DNA of 64,000 bases from Opitutia bacterium Tous-C8FEB. Lineage in GTDB: Bacteria > Verrucomicrobiota > Verrucomicrobiia > Opitutales > Opitutaceae. Below the pieces are notes generated by a model that made no database searches, had not been told where the DNA came from, and saw nothing but the letters and a program-made list of their open reading frames with translations. Positions 55,452-64,000 of the stretch are shown in pieces. The stretch spans positions 11,722 through 75,721 of the forward strand of contig NEUZ01000001.1 of NCBI GenBank assembly GCA_002304435.1, given 5' to 3'. The number at the start of each line of letters is the position of its first letter. Positions within the stretch are counted from its first letter, which is position 1. The position numbers and the translations under genes are program-made.

Positions 55452-57373
55452 CAGCGGTCCCGGCTTAGCCGGTAGAGCACTGCCTCCTCAAACATCTGGG
55501 TGGTCGGACGGCGGCCGAGGAACTCGCAGGCGACGCCCGCGATCCGCTCCGCCCCGCACAGTGCGGCGAATTCCCGGCTGGCGTAAGCCTCCCCCGCCGG
55601 CACCGCGGGCAGGATCTGCTGGGGCCGCTGGATGTGCGCGCCGAGGGCAGCTGGCCGCCCGAGCAGGGGATCCGCGAGGGCCAGCACGGGCCCCGCGTGC
55701 ACCGCCACGCGCAGACCGAGCTCCGCGGGCAGGCCCTCGTCCACCCACGGCTTGCCCGCGGCCCATTCCCCCGCCGTAAGCGCGAGCTCGGCGGCCGCGG
55801 CCAGCGAGGAGAAGCGGAAGCCCAGCTGGGGTCCGAGCCCCTCGACCGCGAGCGGCGCCGCGGGCAGGCGGCTCACCAATCCCGCGAGGCCTTGCCGGAA
55901 GACCCGGTGGTAGTCCTCCCACTGGCGCTCGGGAACCCGGCGAAACTGCACCACCTCAAGGGCGACCACCGCCTCGATTTCCTGTCCGGCCCCACCGCTG
56001 GGGGGAGGTGCCAAAGGACCCGCGCCGCCGGCCGGACGGACCTCGCCCGCCGGATTGATCACCACCGGGTTCAGACCCCGCGCCCGCCAATCCGCGACGA
56101 CGCTCGCGGTACCGCCCCGTTCGCGCGCGGGCTCCCCATCCCAGAGCGCCAGCGGGTGCAATTCCAAGTCGAGGGCCCGCGTCTGGAGCGCGGCGAGACC
56201 GGTCATCACCCGATTGGCATAAACCAATTCGCACGGGCCGGCGCCGGCATCCGGCGCGGCCCCGCCGAGGCCGCCGTGCACGATGACCGTGTCCTCCGCC
56301 CGCGCGAGGAGCGCGTCGAAGCGGCGCTCCCAATCGCCGCCGGCGGGCAGGACGCTTTGCCGTTTGAAGCCCTGCACGGGAAGCGGGAGCACGAGGTGCA
56401 GCCGCGCCCCGAGCTCAAGCAGGCATTCGCCAAAGAGGATGTCGCCGCCGCTGGCGCCCGAGGCGTAACCGAAACCGACCCGCCACGACCGCAGCTGAGC
56501 GAGCAGGCGCCGCCGCACGCCCGGCTCCATCGCCGGGGTGAAGCGGGGGCGCGGGCGGCCGGGCACGTCCACCATATGGCCGGAGAAGACCGCGACAGAG
56601 GGGAACTCGAAGCAGCCGTCGAGCGCGTCCGCGGGCCGGCCAGCGAAGCGGAGAATTTCCCGGGCTTGGCGCCGCATCGAGGCGAGGTCGCGCCAGCGGC
56701 CCTCGAAAAGCCCGGCGGCGGCCCGGTAATGACGCGCGGCATCCTCCTCCTCGCCGAGATGTACGAGCGCCTCGGCCAAGGTGGCTAGGAGCCAGCCGTC
56801 GCGGGGACCGGCGTCAGCCGGTGGGCGGGCGCCGGTAAGGCGGGAGAGCCAGTTTTCCGGCCGGCCCTCGCGGCGGGCGGCGGCCGCACACTGGCGCGCG
56901 ACCTTGCGGGCACACTGCCGGGCCTGCGTCCGGCGGCCCGCGGCCGCGAGGGTAAAGGCGAGGTTGATCCCCGGATAATAGGATTCGTGCCGGGCGAACG
57001 CCTCCCCGTAGAGCTCGCAGGCACGCTGGATCGCCGCGTCGGCTTCGCGCGGGTCGGCTGCGCGACGCCACATCTCCTTATGCACACGACCGAGCAGGCA
57101 GAGGGTCTCTTCGTCGTGGACCTCCCCGGGTCGGCCAGCGGCGAGCACCTCCCGCGCTGCGGCGAGGGCCCCGGTCTGCACCAGCGCGAGGGCCAGCTGC
57201 TGCCGCAGGCCGCCGGTCTCGCCGAAGCGCTCCAATCCCTCGCGCGCCACCTCGATGGCGGTGAGCAGCTGACCGGCGGACACGGCCGCGCGGACCACGC
57301 GCTCGTACTCGCGCGGCTCCTGCCCGGGGACCAGCCCGTCCGCGCCCTGCTGTGCCGTGGTTGCTGCCTCCAT
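55451..57373 (-). CDS. TPR (TRAF-binding/TPR-S-like) + SLOG (TPALS-like) + degenerate class III nucleotide cyclase
   Basis: EETLCLLGRVHKE, YYPGINLA, WLLATLAEA; FSGHMVD, GASGGDILFGE, LALWDG, GGTA; LRVAVHAGPV; ATG at 57373. Confidence 0.75.
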   Translation of the reverse strand: MEAATTAQQGADGLVPGQEPREYERVVRAAVSAGQLLTAIEVAREGLERFGETGGLRQQLALALVQTGALAAAREVLAAGRPGEVHDEETLCLLGRVHKEMWRRAADPREADAAIQRACELYGEAFARHESYYPGINLAFTLAAAGRRTQARQCARKVARQCAAAARREGRPENWLSRLTGARPPADAGPRDGWLLATLAEALVHLGEEEDAARHYRAAAGLFEGRWRDLASMRRQAREILRFAGRPADALDGCFEFPSVAVFSGHMVDVPGRPRPRFTPAMEPGVRRRLLAQLRSWRVGFGYASGASGGDILFGECLLELGARLHLVLPLPVQGFKRQSVLPAGGDWERRFDALLARAEDTVIVHGGLGGAAPDAGAGPCELVYANRVMTGLAALQTRALDLELHPLALWDGEPARERGGTASVVADWRARGLNPVVINPAGEVRPAGGAGPLAPPPSGGAGQEIEAVVALEVVQFRRVPERQWEDYHRVFRQGLAGLVSRLPAAPLAVEGLGPQLGFRFSSLAAAAELALTAGEWAAGKPWVDEGLPAELGLRVAVHAGPVLALADPLLGRPAALGAHIQRPQQILPAVPAGEAYASREFAALCGAERIAGVACEFLGRRPTTQMFEEAVLYRLSRDR

Positions 57374-57471
57374 TACCGCCACCGTGCGGATTCCCGCGCG
57401 CGCTTCAATGCCACAGTCGCCCCCCGGCGCCGGCGCTTGCCCCGTGGTCCCGCCCAGCCCAGCTTCCGCGA

Positions 57472-58518
57472 ATGCCGCTCCGTCGCCGCTCCCTCCTGCG
57501 CCTCGTGGCCGGGGCCGCCCTGCTTGGCGGGAAGCGCGCCGCCCGCGCGCACGGACCCGGACCGGCCGGCACTGCCCCGCGCGACGGCGAGCGGTTCCGC
57601 AACCTCGGCGGCGTAACGCCACCGGGCCTCGGCGCGCTACTCCGCTGGCAACTCGCGCGGGCGCAAGGGCCCTGGCCCGCCGCGGCGCCCGCCCCCGAGG
57701 TGTCCACGCTACCCGCCGCGGTCGGTCCGGGCGAAGTCGCCGTCACCCTCATCAATCACGCCACCTTCCTCCTCCAGTTCGCGGGCCTCAACGTCCTGAC
57801 CGACCCGATCTGGTCGGAGCGTTGCAGCCCCGTGCCGTGGGCCGGGCCGCGGCGCGTACATCCCCCGGGCGTGCCTCTGGAGGCCCTGCCGCGGATCGAC
57901 GTCGTCCTGCTCAGCCACAACCACTACGACCACCTCGACCTCGCGACCCTCGCGGCCCTGCAGGCCCGGCACCGGCCGCGCGTCGTGACCGGCCTCGGCC
58001 AGCGCGAGCTGCTGGCGGCCGCCGGCATCACGGACGCGGTCGAACTCGACTGGTGGGGCGAACACGATTTGGGCAAAGGTCACGGCGTGACCTTCACCCC
58101 GGCCCAGCACTTCTCGGCGCGGGGTCTGTTCGACCGCAACCTTTCGCTATGGGGAGGATTCGCGCTGCGCGCCCCCCGGGGCGCGGTGTATTTCGCGGGG
58201 GACTCGGGCTACGCGCCGCTCTTCCGCGAGATCGGCGGGCGGCTGGGGCCGTTCGCGGTCGCGCTCCTGCCGATCGGAGCCTACCGCCCGCGCTGGTTTA
58301 TGTCGGCGCTGCACTGCGACCCGGAGGAGGCGGTGCGCGCGCACCGCGACGTCCGCGCCCGGCGTAGCCTGGCGATGCATTTCGGCTGCTTCCCCCTCGC
58401 GGACGACGGCTACGGCGAGCCCGCGGCGGAGCTGGAGGTCGCGCGGCGCAACGCGGGGATCACCGCTGAGGAGTTCGCGTTGCCCGTGCCGGGCCGCACG
58501 CTGCGGTTTCCGCTTTGA
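57472..58518 (+). CDS. Tat-exported MBL-fold hydrolase (NAPE-PLD/RomA-like)
   Basis: RRRSLL Tat-like signal; LTDPIWS, SHNHYDHLD, PAQHFSAR, FAGDSGY, LPIGAY, MHFG. Confidence 0.9.
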   Translation: MPLRRRSLLRLVAGAALLGGKRAARAHGPGPAGTAPRDGERFRNLGGVTPPGLGALLRWQLARAQGPWPAAAPAPEVSTLPAAVGPGEVAVTLINHATFLLQFAGLNVLTDPIWSERCSPVPWAGPRRVHPPGVPLEALPRIDVVLLSHNHYDHLDLATLAALQARHRPRVVTGLGQRELLAAAGITDAVELDWWGEHDLGKGHGVTFTPAQHFSARGLFDRNLSLWGGFALRAPRGAVYFAGDSGYAPLFREIGGRLGPFAVALLPIGAYRPRWFMSALHCDPEEAVRAHRDVRARRSLAMHFGCFPLADDGYGEPAAELEVARRNAGITAEEFALPVPGRTLRFPL

Positions 58519-58590
58519 ACCGCGGCTTTTGGGCCTGACAGGTTCGCGGCAGACCAGCAACTTCCGCCGATCCCCTACCCCCTTTCCCTT

Positions 58591-60123
58591 ATGGCCTACC
58601 CGCTCCGCGCGCTCGCCGCGCTCCTGCTTGCCCTGCCCCTCGCCCAAGCCGCCGTGCCCACGCCGCTCGCCGGCGCGCGGCCCAACATCATCTTCATCAT
58701 CACCGACGACCAGGGCTACGGGGACCTCTCCGCCCACGGCAACCCGGTGCTGCGGACGCCGCACCTCGACCGCCTGCACCGCGAGGGCGTGCGCTTCACC
58801 GATTTCCACGTCAGCCCCACCTGCGCGCCCACCCGCGCGGCGCTCCTGACCGGCCGGCACGAGTTCAAGAACGGCATCACCCACACGATCCTCGAGCGGG
58901 AGCGGCTCGCGCCCGGCGCCGTGACCGTGGCCGAGATCCTCCGCGAGGCGGGCTACCGGACAGGCATCTTCGGCAAGTGGCACCTCGGCGATGAACCGGA
59001 GCTCTGGCCGAGCCGGCGCGGCTTTGACGAGATGTTCATCCACGGGGCGGGCGGGATCGGGCAGACCTACCCAGGCTCCTGCGGCGACGCGCCGGGGAAC
59101 ACCTACTTCAACCCCGCCATCCTCCACAACGGCCGCTTCGTGCGCACCACCGGCTACTGCACCGATGTATTCTTCGGCCGGGCGATGGCCTGGATGGGCG
59201 AGGTCGGCCGCGACCGGCCCTTTTTCGCCTGGATCGCCACCAACGCACCCCACGCCCCGCTCGACGCCCGGCCGGAAGACGAGGCCCGCTACACGGGTAA
59301 AGTGCCCGACGCGAACACCGCGAAGTACTTTGGAATGATCGCCAACATCGACGACAACGTCGGCCGGCTCCTCGAGCGCCTCGACACGCTCGGCATCGCG
59401 CGCGACACGCTCGTGGTTTTTATGAACGACAACGGCGGCACCATCGGCACCCGCCTCTTCAACGCCGGGATGCGCGGCTCCAAGGGCAGCCCCTGGGTCG
59501 GTGGCACCCGCGCCTCCTCCCTGTGGCGCTGGCCCGCGCGCCTGCAGCCCGCGGACGTCCCCGCCCTCACCGCGCACCTCGATTTTTTGCCCACCCTCGC
59601 GGAGCTCGCGGGCGCTCCGCTCGACGCCCGGACCCGAGCGCAGGTCGAGGGCCGCAGCCTGGTCCCGCTCCTCACCGATCCCGCCGCCCCCTGGGCCGAG
59701 CGCACCCTCTTCACGCACGTGGGGCGCTGGCCAGTCGGGACCTCGCCGGATGAGTGGAAGTACCGCTCGTGCAGCGTCCGCGACCCGCGCTGGCAGCTGA
59801 TCTCCCTCGACGGCGGCCGCGCGCCCGCGTGGCAGTTGTTCGACCTGCGGGCCGACCCGGGGCAGGAGCAGGACGTCGCCGCGCGGCACCCGGAGGTGGT
59901 CGCCGCGCTGCAGCGGCGGTTCGACGACTGGTGGGCCGCCGCCCGTCCCCTGATGGTGAACGAGGGCGCGACCGGCCCGAAAGTGAATCCCTTCAAGGAG
60001 CTCTACTGGCAGCAGTTCGGCGGTGGTCCGAGCGCGGAGGACCTCCGCCGGATGGACCCCGTCGCTTTCGCCGCGCAACAACAGCAGGCCGGCGCGCGCA
60101 AGGGCGCCAAGAAGGCCAAGTGA
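58591..60123 (+). CDS. Arylsulfatase (formylglycine-dependent, S1)
   Basis: PNIIFIITDDQG, CAPTRAALLTG, GKWHLG. Confidence 0.95.
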   Translation: MAYPLRALAALLLALPLAQAAVPTPLAGARPNIIFIITDDQGYGDLSAHGNPVLRTPHLDRLHREGVRFTDFHVSPTCAPTRAALLTGRHEFKNGITHTILERERLAPGAVTVAEILREAGYRTGIFGKWHLGDEPELWPSRRGFDEMFIHGAGGIGQTYPGSCGDAPGNTYFNPAILHNGRFVRTTGYCTDVFFGRAMAWMGEVGRDRPFFAWIATNAPHAPLDARPEDEARYTGKVPDANTAKYFGMIANIDDNVGRLLERLDTLGIARDTLVVFMNDNGGTIGTRLFNAGMRGSKGSPWVGGTRASSLWRWPARLQPADVPALTAHLDFLPTLAELAGAPLDARTRAQVEGRSLVPLLTDPAAPWAERTLFTHVGRWPVGTSPDEWKYRSCSVRDPRWQLISLDGGRAPAWQLFDLRADPGQEQDVAARHPEVVAALQRRFDDWWAAARPLMVNEGATGPKVNPFKELYWQQFGGGPSAEDLRRMDPVAFAAQQQQAGARKGAKKAK

Positions 60124-60130
60124 CCCGCCG

Positions 60131-61351
60131 GTGCGCCGCCTGACCGCCGCCTGCCTCGCCCTGGTGGGTGCCGCGGCCCTGCCCGCGGCGGACATCGCGC
60201 GCGCGCCCGGACCGCCCTGGACGCGGCGCGTCATCGACGCCTCCTCCCGCGGCGCGGACGGGATCAAAGTCGGCGACCTCAACGGCGACGGCCGGCCGGA
60301 CCTCGTCACCGGCTGGGAGGAGGGCGGCGTCGTCCGCGCCTACCTCCATCCGGGCCACGGGCAGGTGCGCGCGCCGTGGCCGGCGGTGACGGTGGGCGAG
60401 GTCACGGACGCGGAGGACGCCGTGTTCGCGGACCTCGACGGGGACGGGAGGCTGGAAGTGATCAGCGCGACCGAGGGCCGGACGCGCACGGTCTACTGGC
60501 ACCAGCCGCCCCCCGCGGGCGCCGCCCTGCTTGACCCTCGCGGGTGGCGGACGACCGCCTTCCCCGCGCTCTCCGGCCGTCATCCGTGGATGCAGCTGCT
60601 GCCGCTGCAGCTCGACGGCGAGCACGGCCCGGACCTGATCGTCGCCGCCAAGGGCGCCGGCAGCCCCTTGGGATGGCTGCGGGCGCCGGCGGATCCGGCC
60701 GCGGTCGGGGACTGGAGCTTCCATCCACTACGACCGGCCGCTTGGGTGATGACCTTGCACGCGCACGACTTCGACGGCGACGGCGACCAGGACCTACTGT
60801 TCTCCGACCGAAAAGGCGACCGGGCGGGACTGTTCTGGCTCGAGAATCCGGGGGCCGCCGCGAACCGCACTCACCAGCCTTGGCGGGAGAACGCGTTGGG
60901 CGCGCGCGGCCGCGAGGTGATGTTCGCTGACCTCGCGGATCTCGATGGCGACGGCCGCCCCGAGGTCCTGGCAGCGGTGAAGCCACGCGACATCGTGATC
61001 CTCCACGCGGAACCCGGCGGGCGCTGGCGCGAGGAGACACTCTCTCTGCCCGCCGAGGGCCTCGGCGACGCCAAGGCCGTGCGCGCAGCGGACCTCAACG
61101 GGGACGGGCGCGTCGACCTGGTCTTCTCCTGCGAGCACGCACGCGGCGAACTAGAGGGCGTGGTCTGGCTGGAGCGCCGCGCGGACGGCGGCTGGTGGCA
61201 GCGGTCTTTGGCGGGCGCACCGGGCGTGAAATTCGACCTGCTCCAACTGCTCGACCTCGACGGCGATGGCGACCTAGATGTCCTCACCTGCGAGGAAGCC
61301 GACGGCCTCGGCGTCGTCTGGTACGAGAACCCCACGCGCCGGCGCCCCTGA
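60131..61351 (+). CDS. Secreted FG-GAP/VCBS repeat protein
   Basis: Repeated D(L/F)(N/D)GDG..D motifs; GTG start with signal peptide. Confidence 0.88.
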   Translation: MRRLTAACLALVGAAALPAADIARAPGPPWTRRVIDASSRGADGIKVGDLNGDGRPDLVTGWEEGGVVRAYLHPGHGQVRAPWPAVTVGEVTDAEDAVFADLDGDGRLEVISATEGRTRTVYWHQPPPAGAALLDPRGWRTTAFPALSGRHPWMQLLPLQLDGEHGPDLIVAAKGAGSPLGWLRAPADPAAVGDWSFHPLRPAAWVMTLHAHDFDGDGDQDLLFSDRKGDRAGLFWLENPGAAANRTHQPWRENALGARGREVMFADLADLDGDGRPEVLAAVKPRDIVILHAEPGGRWREETLSLPAEGLGDAKAVRAADLNGDGRVDLVFSCEHARGELEGVVWLERRADGGWWQRSLAGAPGVKFDLLQLLDLDGDGDLDVLTCEEADGLGVVWYENPTRRRP

Positions 61352-61370
61352 GTCCCAGAACCCTTTTCCT

Positions 61371-64000
61371 ATGCCCCTGCCCCACCCACTCCGCTCGCTC
61401 CTCCCCTGGTTGCTCGCCCTCCTGGCCGCCGCGCCCGGCTTCGCCGCAGTCCCGGCCGACGGGATCCTGACCGGCCGGATCCAGAACGCTGCCGGGCAAT
61501 ACCTGAACAACGTGCGCCTCACCGTGGCCGGCTCGGGTCAGGTCGCCTTCACCGACGAGTCCGGCAGCTTCCGGCTCGACGGCCTGCCGCGCGGGCCGGT
61601 GCGCGTCGACGTGTTCTACACCGGGCTCGAGCCCGGCCGGATCGAGGCGGACCTCGCCGCGGAGGTACGGCGCGACGTGGCCCTCACCCTCGCGGGCGGC
61701 AGCCGCTACCGGGACGACCGTGGCGTCGTGCAGCTGGAATCGCTCGTCGTCTCGACCTCGCGGGAGATGGACGGAGCGGCGATCGCGATCAACGAGCAGC
61801 GCTTCGCGCCGAACCTCGTGAACGTGGTCGCGGCGGACGAGTTCGGCATCGTGCCGGATGGCAACATCGGCGAGTTCCTGAAGATGCTACCGGGGATCAC
61901 GATGGATTACCGGGGCGGCGACCCGCGGGAGATCTCGATGAACGGTGTGCCCTCGGCCTACGTACCGGTGACGGTCGGCGGCTTCAGTCTCGCGACTTCG
62001 GAGGTCTCGGGCACCGGGCGCAACGTCGAGCTCAACGCCATCTCGATCAACAACCTCTCGCGGATCGAGGCAGTGTACTCGCCGACCCCCGAGAGCCCGG
62101 GCTCAGCCCTCGCGGGCTCCGTGAACCTCGTGCCGCGCAGCGCCTTCGAGCGGGCCCGGCCGGCCTTTAATTCCAGCGTCTACCTCGCGATGCGCGACAG
62201 CACCAAGGAGTTCCACCGCTCCCCCGGGCCGCAGCGAGAACCCACCCACAAGGTGCGCCCCGGCTTCGAGTTCTCGTGGGTGATGCCCGTCAACCGGCGC
62301 TTCGGCTTCACCCTCTCGGGCGGCGCGTCGACCCTCTACACCGAGGGGCCGCTCCTCACCAACACCTGGCGCGGCGCCGGCGCGGCCACCAACGGCGGCA
62401 CGCTCCCGGACACGACGCCGGACCGCCCGTACCTGACGGACTTCCTCGTGCGCACCGAGTCAAAGATCGCGGACCGCACCTCGCTGGCCGCGACTGTGGA
62501 CTGGCGCGTGGGCGCCGCGGGGCGCCTCTCGTTCTCGTTCCAGTACGGGACGTTCCACACCAACTTCAACCAGCGCGCCCTGAGCTTCCTCGTGAACCGC
62601 GTGAACCCGGGGGATTTCTCGACCCGCTTCACCCGCGGCTTCACCGGTGCCGGCGAGATCCGCCTCAACAACGGCGGCAACCACCGCTACAGCCGCACCC
62701 TGATGCCGACCCTCGCGTACCGGCACGACGGGCCGGTCTGGAAGGCCGAGGCCGGCGTCGGCGCCTCGTACGCGCAGAACCGCTTCCGCAACGTCGACCA
62801 AGATCGCTTCGGCTCCACCCAGGCGCGGCGCACCGGCGTCACCGTCTCCTTCGATGACATCTTCTACCTCCGCCCTCAGGTGATCCGGGTGACCGACGGC
62901 ACCACGGGCCTGCCCGTCAATCCTTACGACCTGCGCGAGTACGCGCTGAGCACCGCGGGCGGCAACCTGCAGCGCTCGCGCAACGTGCAGGGCACGGCCT
63001 ACGCCAACGTGCGCCGCGGGTTCGGGGGCGCGGTGCCCCTCGACCTCAAGGCCGGCGTCGACTTCCGCCGCTCGCGCAGCGACAACCGCACCACCAACCT
63101 CGCCTACACCTACGTTGGGGCCGACGGCCGCGCCAGCACCACGCCTGCGGGCTCCGACGACGGCGCCGCCGCCTTCTTCGACCCCTACTTCTTCCAGCGG
63201 GCGGGCCTCTTCGGTATTCCCCGCGTGCAATGGGTCAGCAACGAGGCCGTGCTCGACCGCTTCAAGGCGTCGCCCGGGCAGTTCACCCGCGACGAGAACG
63301 CCGTCTACCGCTCGCAGATCAACAGCTCGAAACTCTCCCGCGAGCTGATCTCCTCGGCCTACCTGCGCGCCGACCTCGCGTTCCTCCAGCGGCGACTGAA
63401 GCTCACCACCGGGCTCCGGGCGGAGCAGACCAACGTGCGCGCCGAGGGCCCGCTCACCGATCCGGCGCGCAATTTCCAGCGCGATGCCGCCGGCGGCATC
63501 GTCCTCGGCGCCAACGGCCGCCCGCTTCCCCGCGCCACCGTGCCCCTCGAGGTCTCCCGCCTCACCTTCCTCGATCGGGGGACGAGCGTACGCAAGGAAT
63601 ACCTGCGCTGGTTCCCCAGCGTGAATGCAAGCCACCGGCTGACCGAGAACCTGATCGCACGCGCCGCCTGGTACCCGTCGGTCGGGCGCCCGAACTTCAA
63701 CCAGTACTCGGGCGGCGTGACGCTGCCTGACGTCGAGGCGCCGCCCTCGAACACCAACCGGATCACGGTCAACAACGCGGGCATCAAGGCGTGGAGCGCC
63801 CGGACCACGAAGGTCGGCCTCGAGTACTACTTCGAGCGGATCGGGCTCCTGTCGGCCGGCGCATTCCGCCGCGACTTCGAGAATTTCTTCGGTAGCACCG
63901 TCTTCAACGCCACCCCGGAGTTCCTCGCCCTCTACGGCCTCGACCCCGTGCTGTACGACCCGTTCGACGTCGCCACCCAGTACAACCTGCCCGGGCGCGT
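61371..64000 (+). CDS. TonB-dependent receptor, runs off the 3' end; absent from the supplied ORF track
   Basis: ATG at 61371 (MPLPHPLRSLLPWLL), REMDGAAIAINEQR, GNIGEFLKMLPG, PTPESPGSALAGSVNLVPRS; same frame at the spots checked near 63120 and 63700. Confidence 0.92.
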   Translation, partial: MPLPHPLRSLLPWLLALLAAAPGFAAVPADGILTGRIQNAAGQYLNNVRLTVAGSGQVAFTDESGSFRLDGLPRGPVRVDVFYTGLEPGRIEADLAAEVRRDVALTLAGGSRYRDDRGVVQLESLVVSTSREMDGAAIAINEQRFAPNLVNVVAADEFGIVPDGNIGEFLKMLPGITMDYRGGDPREISMNGVPSAYVPVTVGGFSLATSEVSGTGRNVELNAISINNLSRIEAVYSPTPESPGSALAGSVNLVPRSAFERARPAFNSSVYLAMRDSTKEFHRSPGPQREPTHKVRPGFEFSWVMPVNRRFGFTLSGGASTLYTEGPLLTNTWRGAGAATNGGTLPDTTPDRPYLTDFLVRTESKIADRTSLAATVDWRVGAAGRLSFSFQYGTFHTNFNQRALSFLVNRVNPGDFSTRFTRGFTGAGEIRLNNGGNHRYSRTLMPTLAYRHDGPVWKAEAGVGASYAQNRFRNVDQDRFGSTQARRTGVTVSFDDIFYLRPQVIRVTDGTTGLPVNPYDLREYALSTAGGNLQRSRNVQGTAYANVRRGFGGAVPLDLKAGVDFRRSRSDNRTTNLAYTYVGADGRASTTPAGSDDGAAAFFDPYFFQRAGLFGIPRVQWVSNEAVLDRFKASPGQFTRDENAVYRSQINSSKLSRELISSAYLRADLAFLQRRLKLTTGLRAEQTNVRAEGPLTDPARNFQRDAAGGIVLGANGRPLPRATVPLEVSRLTFLDRGTSVRKEYLRWFPSVNASHRLTENLIARAAWYPSVGRPNFNQYSGGVTLPDVEAPPSNTNRITVNNAGIKAWSARTTKVGLEYYFERIGLLSAGAFRRDFENFFGSTVFNATPEFLALYGLDPVLYDPFDVATQYNLPGR

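Overview
GC-rich bacterial chromosomal window, most likely Verrucomicrobiota/Opitutaceae. That assignment is inferred from a PVC-type CxxCH protein, the Opitutus-type 'xNLSxR' C-terminal domain, several TonB-dependent receptors (TBDRs) and leaders lacking a Shine-Dalgarno (SD). It holds about 42 intact CDSs. Housekeeping genes: purL (5'-truncated), hemF-hemE, ileS-dksA-lspA-aroA-cmk-plsC, acnA, tyrS, fmt-lysM-parB, metK-ahcY, ribE-udg. Envelope and catabolic genes: TBDRs, two LamG paralogs, a sulfatase, an FG-GAP protein and Weimberg-type xylonate enzymes. I saw no rRNA, tRNA, CRISPR array or transposase. Main observations: (1) a 558-bp three-piece scar of the opgG-opgH periplasmic-glucan operon; (2) a TBDR pseudogene with an amber stop and a microhomology-bounded deletion, reconstructed from an in-window paralog that the ORF track missed; (3) a TPR + SLOG + catalytically degenerate cyclase protein whose stop overlaps the start of a secreted phosphodiester glycosidase; (4) a candidate GU-rich sRNA behind purL; (5) a two-state structured leader on a TBDR; (6) overlapping SahR-like operators at metK; (7) pyrimidine-rich, SD-less start contexts. 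All family assignments come from motif recognition by eye; no database searches were run.
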